64,000 nt of DNA from Planctomycetota bacterium (lineage in GTDB: Bacteria; Planctomycetota; UBA1135; UBA2386). The stretch covers positions 6,752,001-6,816,000 of the forward strand of contig OZ245006.1 in the NCBI GenBank assembly GCA_965223545.1, read 5' to 3'. Below, piece by piece: positions 39,345 to 47,868 of this stretch (positions are counted from its first letter, which is position 1; every line of letters begins with the position of its first letter). Made by a program: the position numbers and the translations under genes. The notes below the pieces were generated by a model. It did not search any database and was not told the origin of the DNA. It worked only from the letters and a program-made list of their open reading frames with translations.

Positions 39345-40634
39345 TCACTGGGGCGATGAAGTAGGGGGTGGATTCGAGATGGCTTCGTGCACAGCGGCGC
39401 ACTCCCGCTGCAACGCTTCGGCGCGTTCTTGCAACAGCACCAGCACCCGGTCGAGCGCGGCGCGGTCCTCGTGCTCGAGGTCGCGCAGCAGCGCCGCCAA
39501 GGTGCGGCTGATCTCCAGCTGGGTCTCCGACAGCTGGCGCAGGCGGCCGGCGAGTGCGTCGAGCGACTCCGCCGTCTGCCGCGGTTCCGGTGGTGGCGGC
39601 GCGCCAAGGCTGATGCTGGGCAAACCCATCGCCGCCGCCATCAGCGCCAACGCCGCCAGCCGGCGCCGGCTGCGCGGGCTCTCGGCGGCGCGCGGTGCCA
39701 GCGCGCGGCGCACCCGGGACGCCAACCGGGCGCGCGAGTCGAGCGCCGCCGGCGTCAGCTGGGGGGCGTGTCGATCGCCGGCCTCGGCTTGCCAGGCCGC
39801 GACCTCCACCAGGCACGCCGCCAGGGCGGGACCGTCGGCGGTGTGCCGCACCGCGTGATCGTCGCAGCGCAGCTCGGCCAGGTGGTCGAGGCGGCGGCGG
39901 GCCAACACGTTGAGCGGCTGCAGCCACAGGATGCGCTCGACCGCGCGGGCGGCGAGCCGCCAGCCGCTGTCGCCGCGCAGCAGGTGGGCGAGCTCGTGGT
40001 GCAGCAGCGCGCGCAGGTGGCGGCCGTCGAGGCGGTCGATGAAGCGCGCCGGCACGCAGATCTCCGGTCGGGTCAGGCCGAACGCCAACGGGGTGGCGAT
40101 GCGCGGACTGGCGGTCAAGCGCACCGCCAAACGGGCGCCGGCGCGGCGGCGGACCGCGGTCAGCGCGTGCAGCACCGGGCCGCGGCGGACCGGTTGGCGG
40201 TCGGCCAATCTGCGGCGCGCGCGGGTGTTGCCGGCGAGCAGCCAGAGCAGGCCGGCGGTGCTGACCGCGAGGTAGATCCACCCACCGACCGTCGCGGCCG
40301 ACCACGACTGCACGTGGGCGCCGCGCTGCTGCGCGCTGGTGATTGCCGGTGCCGGAGCGATCGGGTCCACGCTGGCGACGGGAGTGAGTCCTGGCTGGAC
40401 GGCCGCTTCGCCCCAGAACGAGGTCGGCAGCAACGGCTGCCAGCCGGCGCCGAGCTGCAGACTGCTCGTGCACACCGCGCCGAGCAGTGCACCGCGCCAG
40501 AGTGCCTCCTGCAGCGCGACGTTGCGGCTGCCGAGCAACGCACTGGTGAGCAGAGCGGCCGCGTACAGCGCGGTGCTGTGCACCAGATAGGTCAAGAGCC
40601 AAGAGCCGGCGTGCTCGATCAGATCAGGGGACAC
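39345..40634 (-). CDS. M56 family (BlaR1/MecR1-like) metallopeptidase sensor
   Basis: TYLVHST N-terminus, TPLAFG, HELAH zinc motif, WLQPLN, ELRCDD, ALAACLV, RLASRVRR. Short coiled-coil C-terminus with no penicillin-binding domain. Confidence 0.9.
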   Translation of the reverse strand: MSPDLIEHAGSWLLTYLVHSTALYAAALLTSALLGSRNVALQEALWRGALLGAVCTSSLQLGAGWQPLLPTSFWGEAAVQPGLTPVASVDPIAPAPAITSAQQRGAHVQSWSAATVGGWIYLAVSTAGLLWLLAGNTRARRRLADRQPVRRGPVLHALTAVRRRAGARLAVRLTASPRIATPLAFGLTRPEICVPARFIDRLDGRHLRALLHHELAHLLRGDSGWRLAARAVERILWLQPLNVLARRRLDHLAELRCDDHAVRHTADGPALAACLVEVAAWQAEAGDRHAPQLTPAALDSRARLASRVRRALAPRAAESPRSRRRLAALALMAAAMGLPSISLGAPPPPEPRQTAESLDALAGRLRQLSETQLEISRTLAALLRDLEHEDRAALDRVLVLLQERAEALQRECAAVHEAISNPPPTSSPQ

Positions 40635-41040
40635 GCTGACCTCCCCGCGTGCGGCGTCCGGCCGTGCGCCGGCTGGCCGCGTTGCCGATCGAGCGGCGCA
40701 GCCGCTCGAGTTCGCGCGCGTCGATGTCGCCTTCCTCCAGCAGGTGGCTCATCAGTGCTGCGGTGCTGCCACCGAACAGCTGGTCGACGAGGTCGCCGAT
40801 CATCGAGCGGCGCAGCTCGCGCCGCTCGACACAGGCGCGAAACACAAAGCGCCGGGCCTCGGTGCGGTGGGTGACCAGTCCCTTGTCCTCCAGCCGCCGC
40901 AAGATGGTCGAGACGGTGGTGGGGGCGACCGAGCGGCGGCTCGCCAGCGCGGCGTGGATGTCGACCACGGTCGCCTCGCCGAGCCGCCAAAGCTGTTCGA
41001 GGATGCGGTGCTCTAGCTTGCCGACTTTGAGTTGTGTCAT
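40624..41040 (-). CDS. BlaI/MecI/CopY family transcriptional repressor
   Basis: LEHRILEQLWRLGEATV, TTVSTILRRLEDKGLV, LFGGSTAALMSHLL. Overlaps the M56 gene. Confidence 0.93.
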   Translation of the reverse strand: MTQLKVGKLEHRILEQLWRLGEATVVDIHAALASRRSVAPTTVSTILRRLEDKGLVTHRTEARRFVFRACVERRELRRSMIGDLVDQLFGGSTAALMSHLLEEGDIDARELERLRRSIGNAASRRTAGRRTRGGQRVP

Positions 41041-41062
41041 CGCGGTGACCTCGAGCTGAACT

Positions 41063-41104
41063 ATGACACTCGTAGTACTGCGGCGGTAGTACTACGCCCG
41101 TAGG
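41063..41104. promoter_or_regulatory. Three abutting imperfect palindromes, consensus ACTAC-N4-GTAGT: putative BlaI operator array
   Basis: ATGAC-ACTC-GTAGT (41063-76), ACTGC-GGCG-GTAGT (41077-90), ACTAC-GCCC-GTAGG (41091-104), 22 bp upstream of the repressor start. Resembles TACA-NN-TGTA BlaI/MecI/CopY boxes. Confidence 0.75.
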
Positions 41105-41151
41105 AGTTTGCCCGGGCAGCTTTCCGCGTCTGGCCGCGAACCACCGTCGCC

Positions 41152-43014
41152 TCAGCGGCTGCCGTCGGTCGCGGTGGCCGGCCCCGGCGCCGGTGGGAGG
41201 GCAGCATCCGGCTCTTCGGCTGGCTTGCCGACCGTGTCGATCGGCCGCTGCACACCGGATTCCGCGTCGGGCAGCCGCACGACGAAGACCGATCCGCCGC
41301 CGTCGCGGTCCTCGCACCAGGCCGACCCGCCGTGCATGACGACGATCTCGCGCGCGATGGCGAGGCCCAGGCCGGTGCCTTGCGGCTTGTCGGTGAGCAC
41401 GTCGCCCTCCTGGTGGAACATGGCGAAGACCGCTTCTTTGGACTCGACCCCGTGGATGCCCGGGCCGCGGTCGGCAACGCGCAGCTCGAGGTGCTCGCCG
41501 GCCGTCACCTCGACGTCGATCGCCGCCCCCGGCGGCGAGAACTTCCAGGCGTTCGACAGGAGGTGGCCGATCAGCTGCAACAGCCGCGCGCGGTCGCCGA
41601 ACAGCGGCGCGGCGGTCGCCTCGACGCGCAGGCGGAGGTTCTTCTCGGCGCACGTCGGTCGGATGGCGTCGACGGCCTCGTGCGTGAGGTCGCCGAGGTC
41701 GACCCGCTGCAGCCGCCACTCGCCCTTGCCCGTGCTCAGGGTGACGAAGTCCAGCACGTTCTCGAACAGGCTGGACAGGCGAGCGCACTCGCCGTCGATG
41801 ATCGCCAAGAACTCCGCCAGCTCGGCCGGTGAGGCGTCCTCGCCGTACGAGAGCAAGATCTCGGTGTAGGCGCGGATGCTGGTCATCGGCGTGCGCAGCT
41901 CGTGACCGATCGACGCCAAGAACCGGTCCTTGGCGCGGTTGGCGAGCTCGGCTTGCAGCGCGGTGGTGCGCACTTCGCGCACCAGCTGGCCGATGTGCGT
42001 CGCCATCTCGTTGAATGCTCGCCCGAGCTGGCCGACCTCGTCATCGCCGACGCGGTCCACGGCGACGGTCCAGTCGCCGCGCGAGAACGCCTCGGTCGCG
42101 ACGGTCAACTCTTCCAGCGGAGTGCAAAGGCGGCGCGTCAGGTAGCGACTGAGCAGGGAGCCGAGCAACACCACCAGGACTCCGCCGCCGAGCATCCAAC
42201 GCCAGCCGCTCTGCCGCAGGGCGGCGAGCGCACCCATGTCGGGCACCAGCAGGATGTGGCCGCCAGTGGCGTGCAGCGGCACCGCCAACGCCGGCCGGGG
42301 GCCGCTTGCGCTCGGCAGCTGAATCGTCGGCTGGTTGGGGTCCGCGCTCTGCACTGCGCCGACGATCGCGGTCACCGCGTCGCCGTCGCGGGCCGCGCCG
42401 GACGAGGCGTAGAGTCGTTGTCGCCAGAGCAGCAGCACCTCGCTGGCGGTGACGCCGGCGATCTCGATCGCCGCGTCGTCGTCGAGGGGGGTCGCGGTCG
42501 ACAGCCAGCCGACCACGTCGGCGCCCTGCACGACGGGCACGGTGACGGCGAGGTGCAGAGTGCCGTCGATCTCCCACAAGGCGTCGACGGTCTCGCCGGC
42601 AAGGGCTTGTCGGATGCCGGGCAGACCGAGATCGCGCGCGCGGAAACGAAGGCTGGTCGGGACGCCGGCGATCCGCGCCGAGCCCAGTCCACCGATCAGC
42701 AGAGCCGGCGCTGCGGAGGTCCGTTGGATCGCCGCCAGCATGTCTTGCAGTGCGTCGTCGGCCGCGTGCGCGTCGGCGAGCAGGGCGGGCAGACCGGGGA
42801 ACGAGGCCAGCGCCTGACCGCGCTCGTGCGCCGCGCGCCGGTGGATCGCCATCCACTTGGCAGTGGTGCGCCGCGCGTGCTCGAGCTCGTGCTCTGCCTG
42901 GCGCCCGGCGTAGTCGTCGAGCAGCTGGGAAAGCACGAGCAGCGTGGCGGCAACGAAGCCGACTACCAGGCCCGTCATGCCGACGAGGAGCTTGCTGCCG
43001 AGGGTCAGTCGCAT
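41152..43014 (-). CDS. Membrane sensor histidine kinase (Cache-like sensor, HAMP, HisKA, HATPase)
   Basis: Two TMs, HAMP DEVGQLGRAFNEM, H-box GHELRTP, N-box LLSNAWKF, DRGPGI, GTGLGL. Confidence 0.93.
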   Translation of the reverse strand: MRLTLGSKLLVGMTGLVVGFVAATLLVLSQLLDDYAGRQAEHELEHARRTTAKWMAIHRRAAHERGQALASFPGLPALLADAHAADDALQDMLAAIQRTSAAPALLIGGLGSARIAGVPTSLRFRARDLGLPGIRQALAGETVDALWEIDGTLHLAVTVPVVQGADVVGWLSTATPLDDDAAIEIAGVTASEVLLLWRQRLYASSGAARDGDAVTAIVGAVQSADPNQPTIQLPSASGPRPALAVPLHATGGHILLVPDMGALAALRQSGWRWMLGGGVLVVLLGSLLSRYLTRRLCTPLEELTVATEAFSRGDWTVAVDRVGDDEVGQLGRAFNEMATHIGQLVREVRTTALQAELANRAKDRFLASIGHELRTPMTSIRAYTEILLSYGEDASPAELAEFLAIIDGECARLSSLFENVLDFVTLSTGKGEWRLQRVDLGDLTHEAVDAIRPTCAEKNLRLRVEATAAPLFGDRARLLQLIGHLLSNAWKFSPPGAAIDVEVTAGEHLELRVADRGPGIHGVESKEAVFAMFHQEGDVLTDKPQGTGLGLAIAREIVVMHGGSAWCEDRDGGGSVFVVRLPDAESGVQRPIDTVGKPAEEPDAALPPAPGPATATDGSR

Positions 43015-43254
43015 GCGCGAGCGGCGGGCGCCCGCGGCCCGCGATCGTACGTGATGTCCTTCCTATCGGGTGTCCGGCGTCGATGAGTGAAATCCACATG
43101 CCCTGAACGGATGCGGGGGCACTCTCCCCAGCGAGGGCAAGACGTGGCGAGTCGCTCGCACGGCCGGTCGCGTCGCAGACCTCGACTCCGAGGCCGGAGC
43201 GCCGGAATTCGCGACAGTGCTCGACTGGTTCGGTCCGCATCGCGCTTCGGGGCC

Positions 43255-43292
43255 CCAAGTCGCTACGATGGTGGCGCTTCCCAGCGACTTGG
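43255..43292. promoter_or_regulatory. 10-bp perfect inverted repeat enclosing a TACGAT -10-like hexamer
   Basis: CCAAGTCGCT (43255-64) / AGCGACTTGG (43283-92), 18-nt spacer, upstream of the CDS at 43320. Confidence 0.4.
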
Positions 43293-43319
43293 ACTCCGGT
43301 CCCCAACCCGAGGAGAGCA

Positions 43320-44165
43320 ATGATGCGCTACGCCTTCCCGATGCTCGGCATCGCCGTGATGGCCTGCCTGGCGACCGACGCCCTCGCCCAACGCGTGGTG
43401 ATCGCATTCAACGATCTGTCGGTGAGAACCACCGTGACGACCCAGTACCCGACGGCGACCTTCTCCTCGCCGCCTGGTTTCATCAACATCACCGCGGACG
43501 ACCACAATCTGGGCACCTCGCGGCCCAACTACCTCTGTACGGCCAACAGCCAGGGTGCTCTCAACTGCACTGCCGACACGTACGTCGACTTCGCCACGCC
43601 GGTGAACGACCTGAGTCTCTACGCTGCCGGTGACAACGCCGCCGGTCGGGCGGCCACCGTGCGCGTCTTCCGAGACGGGATTCTGGCCGCGAATCTGCCG
43701 ATTCTCGTCGACGGGACGATGGCAACCCCAGATCTGGTCAACCTGACGGGTTTCGGCAACGTGACCCGGATCGAGCTCACCGGCATCGTCGATCCCGGCG
43801 GCTTGGCCTGGGACGACTTCTCGTTCGTGCCCGGCCCGCCAAGCCTCGCTGCGCGCGAGAGAATCGAGCCGGTTCATTCGCTGACCATCGATCTGCACAA
43901 TGCCCCCGCGTCGAGTCCGGTCTTGCTGCTGGCGGGCAGCGAACGCGGCATGACCCGCGGCGTCGGACAGCTCGGCACGATTCGCCTCGGGGTGACCCCG
44001 ACGCTCCTTCTGCCGCTGGGCACCACGGATCAGCGGGGTCGGCTGACGATCGCCGCGGGGACGTTGCTTCCCGGCGCCACGGCACTGCAGGCGATCGTGG
44101 TGGACCGCAGCCGTGACCGTTTGTGGGCGACACCGGCGGTTCGAGCCACAAGGAGTGATGGGTGA
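43320..44165 (+). CDS. Exported protein, small beta-sandwich domain plus shared C-terminal domain
   Basis: GAGGAG RBS, signal peptide ending ALA|Q, domain ending WDDFSFVPGP, then CTD. Confidence 0.75.
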   Translation: MMRYAFPMLGIAVMACLATDALAQRVVIAFNDLSVRTTVTTQYPTATFSSPPGFINITADDHNLGTSRPNYLCTANSQGALNCTADTYVDFATPVNDLSLYAAGDNAAGRAATVRVFRDGILAANLPILVDGTMATPDLVNLTGFGNVTRIELTGIVDPGGLAWDDFSFVPGPPSLAARERIEPVHSLTIDLHNAPASSPVLLLAGSERGMTRGVGQLGTIRLGVTPTLLLPLGTTDQRGRLTIAAGTLLPGATALQAIVVDRSRDRLWATPAVRATRSDG

Positions 44166-44401
44166 GCCAGCGTTCTTGAGGTGCCCAGCCGAGCGCGTTC
44201 CGTTCAGACTTTCCTGGTGTGGTTCGCGTGCGACGCGCCGGGTGCGGGAGGATTGCCCGGTCGCTGTGTTGGTTGCCCCGGAGCGTTGGGCCGATGAAGG
44301 CACAGCGGGCGAGGGCGTTGCCCCTTGTTAGAATCGCCGCCGGTCCGAAGCCCGAATCCGCCCCGACCTTTCCGCCGCAGAAACGCAGAGGACTGAACTC
44401 G

Positions 44402-45544
44402 ATGTTTGGATTGACGACTGGATTACTCGTGCTCGGTGCGGTCACCGCAGCGCCCTCCGACGACGAGGTGCGGTTGGCCGACGGCCGTGTACTCGTCGGT
44501 ACCGTGCAGCGCGACGGCGACACGGTTTCGATCGAGACCGTCGAAGGTACGGTCCGCGTCGCCGAGGGCGAGGTGGTGCGCGTGCGCACCAGTGCCGAGC
44601 TCGAAGCGGAGCTCGAGCGTCTGGCCGCGGCGAGCCCCGCCGGTGCGCACACCGACCTCGAGCTCGCGCGCATGGCGCGCGGCTGGGGCTTGCTGCCGCA
44701 GATGTGGCGGCGGTTGGATCGCTGTGTCGAGGACGCCGATGCGAGTGCCGGCGTGCAGCGCCGGCTGAACGACTTCCTCGCAACTCTCGAGCCGGAGTTG
44801 CTCCCGCTCGAGGTGCGTCAAGCGGGCATGCCGGCCCGCGCGCGCGCGCTGGTGCGTCAGGTGCGCGACGCGGCCGGTCCGGCGCGCGCCGCGGCGGTGG
44901 TCGGCGTGCTGGCGACGATCGGCGACGCCGAGCGCGTGCTCTTGGACTCGGCGCGGCGCGCGGCGTTGCCGGAGCAGCGCTGGGCGGCGATGCGCGCGCT
45001 GGCGCAGCGCGGCGAGCACCACCGGGGCTTTGTCCGCATGCGGGCGATCCTCGATCGCGACCGGGAGCTGCGGCGCGAGATCGCGCGCAGCGAGGTGAGC
45101 GCCGGCGACCCGGTGGCGACGCTGCAGCAGTGGACGCCGGGGCTCTTGCACGACGATCCGGCGATTCGCATCCGCACCGCCAACGCGATGGCCGAGCTGG
45201 GTGCCGAGCAGGCGGTCGAAGTGCTGGCCGCTGCTGGCCCGATCGCCGGCACGCCGCGCGCCGCTGCGGGCGGCATTGCCAAGCGAGCCCACATGTTCCA
45301 GACCACGACGCGCTCGATCGTGCGCGACTTCGACGTCGAGATCGCGCAGGCGGCGGCGGTCGCCAACCCGGTGATCGGCACCGCGACCTCCGGCGTCTCG
45401 TTCGATGTCGCCGTGCCGGCGGTGGTCACCAAACGGGTGGCGATCGAGAAGGCCTACCGGCGGGCGTTGCACAAGCTCACCGGCGAGGATCCCGGGCCGC
45501 GGACCGACCAGTGGGCGGGCTGGAGCGCCGCCCGCGGCCGCTGA
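44402..45544 (+). CDS. Exported HEAT-repeat protein with secretin-like segment
   Basis: GAGGA RBS, signal peptide, DEVRLADGRVLVG N-domain, HEAT repeats (DDPAIRIRTANAMAELG), RDFDVEIAQAAAVANP segment, ALHKLTG...W tail. Confidence 0.7.
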   Translation: MFGLTTGLLVLGAVTAAPSDDEVRLADGRVLVGTVQRDGDTVSIETVEGTVRVAEGEVVRVRTSAELEAELERLAAASPAGAHTDLELARMARGWGLLPQMWRRLDRCVEDADASAGVQRRLNDFLATLEPELLPLEVRQAGMPARARALVRQVRDAAGPARAAAVVGVLATIGDAERVLLDSARRAALPEQRWAAMRALAQRGEHHRGFVRMRAILDRDRELRREIARSEVSAGDPVATLQQWTPGLLHDDPAIRIRTANAMAELGAEQAVEVLAAAGPIAGTPRAAAGGIAKRAHMFQTTTRSIVRDFDVEIAQAAAVANPVIGTATSGVSFDVAVPAVVTKRVAIEKAYRRALHKLTGEDPGPRTDQWAGWSAARGR

Positions 45545-45584
45545 CCTGAGGCTCCGCGCGGCCACGGTCGCAACCAACTCGGAT

Positions 45585-45748
45585 GCCGCTTTTCCCGGAG
45601 CGGCTTGGAAGGTCCGACCCATCCGCCGCCGCGCTGAGCCCGGAGGCACTGTCTCTCCGAGCCTCCGGCGCGGCGGCGACGTTGCCATGTCGGCGACGTC
45701 GCCTCGAGAATGTTGTCGAAGCTCGAAGATTCGAAGCGCCGGAGGCTC
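45585..45748. other. Structured intergenic region between convergent genes (multiple or alternative hairpins; possible bidirectional terminator)
   Basis: 45624-33 and 45640-47 pair with 45661-78; 45659-71 is the perfect reverse complement of 45736-48; shorter stems GCCGCT/AGCGGC and GGCGACGT/ACGTCGCC. Confidence 0.45.
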
Positions 45749-46757
45749 AGCGCCGACGTGGCGCCGGCACCGGTGTGGCCTCGACGTAGCGCGCGAAGCG
45801 GCGCGGCCCCAGCAGCCGCGCGGCCGCGGTCCTCTCGATCAGCTTCGCTACAGTCGTCGCGATCTCCTCGCCGGCGCCGAGGTCGAGGGTGCCGCGCAGC
45901 GCGCGCGGTGTTACCTCGACGTTCAGCTCTTCCAAGAGTGGGGCGAGGAGTGCTGCGGTCGGAAGTGCGCTGGCGTGCCGCAACGCTTCGCGCAGCTGGG
46001 TCGCAAAGTGCGCGCTGCCGCCGTTGCCGCGGGAGAACTCGACGCGCAGCACGAGGGCGAGCCGGCCGTCATCGTGCTGCAGGCGCAGGCCGATCGCCTC
46101 GATCGGGTCTTGCTCGAGAAACCAGTCGGTCGGCAGCCCGCTGAGCTGGTTCCATTCAGCCTGCGGGAGTCGCCCGCGCACTGCGGCGAGATAGGCGAGC
46201 GCGCCCCGCTCGATGGTGAACGGCATCAGCTCCGGTTGCGGCACGCCGCCTGTGCGGCTGCCGGTGGCCGCCGCTTCGACCGAGGGCGTCGAGCCGACGA
46301 TCACCAGCCCGGGGCGCGGGCTGTACCACGCGGTGCCGCCAAAGCCGCGCTCGCGCCACAGGGTCGCCGGGCTGGTCACCGCCGTCGGTGAGGCTTCCAG
46401 TTTCAGTGGATCCGCGAGTCGAAGACCGGGTTCGCCGTCGAAGACGGTGATGCGGGTCACCGAGTGCTCGTTGTCCTCGGTCATGTCCATTGCGCCGGGG
46501 TCGCCGAAGCGCGCGGCGACGCGGATGCGGCGCAGGTCTTCGGTGTCGATGCCGTACTCCCGGTGCAACGTCGAGCGGAATGCTCCGTACGCCAGGTTGC
46601 GTTCGAGGTCGTCGGTCAGGCCGAGCGCCCGCAGCGCGTCCAGATCGACGAACGCCTCGGCGTGATAGTCGAGCGGCAGGAAGTCCCGACCGCTCGGTCT
46701 CGATTGGGCGGAGGCGAGCGCGGCAAGGGCGCAGGCGACGGCGGCGGTCCGTTGCAT
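45747..46757 (-). CDS. Exported hypothetical protein
   Basis: Signal peptide MQRTAAVACALAALASA|Q, globular amino-acid composition. Start ATG 46757. Confidence 0.65.
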   Translation of the reverse strand: MQRTAAVACALAALASAQSRPSGRDFLPLDYHAEAFVDLDALRALGLTDDLERNLAYGAFRSTLHREYGIDTEDLRRIRVAARFGDPGAMDMTEDNEHSVTRITVFDGEPGLRLADPLKLEASPTAVTSPATLWRERGFGGTAWYSPRPGLVIVGSTPSVEAAATGSRTGGVPQPELMPFTIERGALAYLAAVRGRLPQAEWNQLSGLPTDWFLEQDPIEAIGLRLQHDDGRLALVLRVEFSRGNGGSAHFATQLREALRHASALPTAALLAPLLEELNVEVTPRALRGTLDLGAGEEIATTVAKLIERTAAARLLGPRRFARYVEATPVPAPRRR

Positions 46758-46818
46758 TGGCGATGGTGTCGGTTGGCTGCTGGTGGCGGGCGCGTCGCCG
46801 AGGGTATCCTGGCCGCCG

Positions 46819-47868
46819 ATGATCCCCAACCAGCGGGCGTCTTTGCCTGCCGGTCTCGGCCGCCTGCGCGCGCTGCCTGCCGCCAAGGCCGAGATCGCCC
46901 TGCGCGCCGCGCTGGCCGGCGGCGTGCCGACGGCGCAGCTGCTGCGGGCACGGGGGTTCGAGCTCAGTCCGCAAGAGTGCGCCCAGCTCGGTGCGTGGTC
47001 GCACGCGCCCTTCACCAGTGGGGTGTGCTCGGTCGTCGGCGCTGCCGATGGCACCGAGCGGCTCGTGATCGGCCTCGCCGACGGCGAGACCGTGGAGACC
47101 GTGGTCATGCCCAACGGCGCGGTCTGCGTCTCCAGCCAGGTCGGCTGCGCCGTCGGTTGTCGGTTTTGTGCCAGCGGGCGGCAGGGCCTGCGGCGCAACC
47201 TGCAGGCCGACGAGATCGTCGAGCAGGTCGTGCACGCGCGCCGGCGCCGGCGCATCGACCGCGTCGTGTTCATGGGGATGGGGGAGCCGGGCCACAACCT
47301 GCGGGCGGTGCTCGACGCCGTCGTGCAGCTCCGGGTATTCGGCGGCATCAGCCCGCGCAAGCAGACCTTGTCCACCGTCGGTGGGTCGCGGGTGTTCGCT
47401 GCCCTGCGCGAGGCAGAAGTCAAGCCGTGTCTGGCCTGGTCACTGCACAGCACCGATCCCGCGCTGCGCGCTCGGCTGCTGCCGCGCGCGCCGGCCGAGC
47501 CGCTGGCGGCGCAGGCGCTGGCCGCGGATCGCTACGCCCGGAGCAGCGGCACACCGGTGCAGGTGGAGTGGACCGTGCTGCGCGGGGTCAACGACAGTCC
47601 CGCGGAGATCGACGGCTTGTGCGCGCTGCTCGAAGGGGTCCGCGGCTACGTCAACTTCATCCCCTGGAACCCGGTCGAAGGGTTGGCATTCGAGCGTCCC
47701 GACCGCGACCACGTGGTCGAGATGGTGCGCACGCTGCGCCGCCGCGGTGTGCTGGCGACGGTGCGCGCCTCGGCTGGCGGCGATGCCGACGCGGCGTGCG
47801 GCCAGCTGCGGTTGCGGCACGTGCAACGCGAAGATCAGCGCTGCGCGTCGATGCGGTCACAGACGTAG
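46819..47868 (+). CDS. RlmN/Cfr-family radical SAM RNA methyltransferase (likely RlmN paralogue)
   Basis: VETV, CVSSQVGCAVGCRFC, VFMGMGEP, SLH, GVND, NFIPWN, DAACGQL. Confidence 0.9.
   Translation: MIPNQRASLPAGLGRLRALPAAKAEIALRAALAGGVPTAQLLRARGFELSPQECAQLGAWSHAPFTSGVCSVVGAADGTERLVIGLADGETVETVVMPNGAVCVSSQVGCAVGCRFCASGRQGLRRNLQADEIVEQVVHARRRRRIDRVVFMGMGEPGHNLRAVLDAVVQLRVFGGISPRKQTLSTVGGSRVFAALREAEVKPCLAWSLHSTDPALRARLLPRAPAEPLAAQALAADRYARSSGTPVQVEWTVLRGVNDSPAEIDGLCALLEGVRGYVNFIPWNPVEGLAFERPDRDHVVEMVRTLRRRGVLATVRASAGGDADAACGQLRLRHVQREDQRCASMRSQT

Noticed and set aside
34553..39607. 1684-aa ORF as one protein
   Set aside because: Only 34553-37798 is protein-like and has its own signal peptide. 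The upstream part is an alternative frame of the repeat gene.
39345..41040. Beta-lactam resistance locus
   Set aside because: No penicillin-binding sensor domain and no beta-lactamase or PBP2a gene nearby.
43062..43090. Sigma28-like promoter (CCGATAG) for the histidine kinase
   Set aside because: The -10-like element is present but there is no convincing -35 at the expected spacing.
46819..47868. cfr resistance gene
   Set aside because: Family motifs do not discriminate Cfr from RlmN paralogues by eye, and there is no mobile context.
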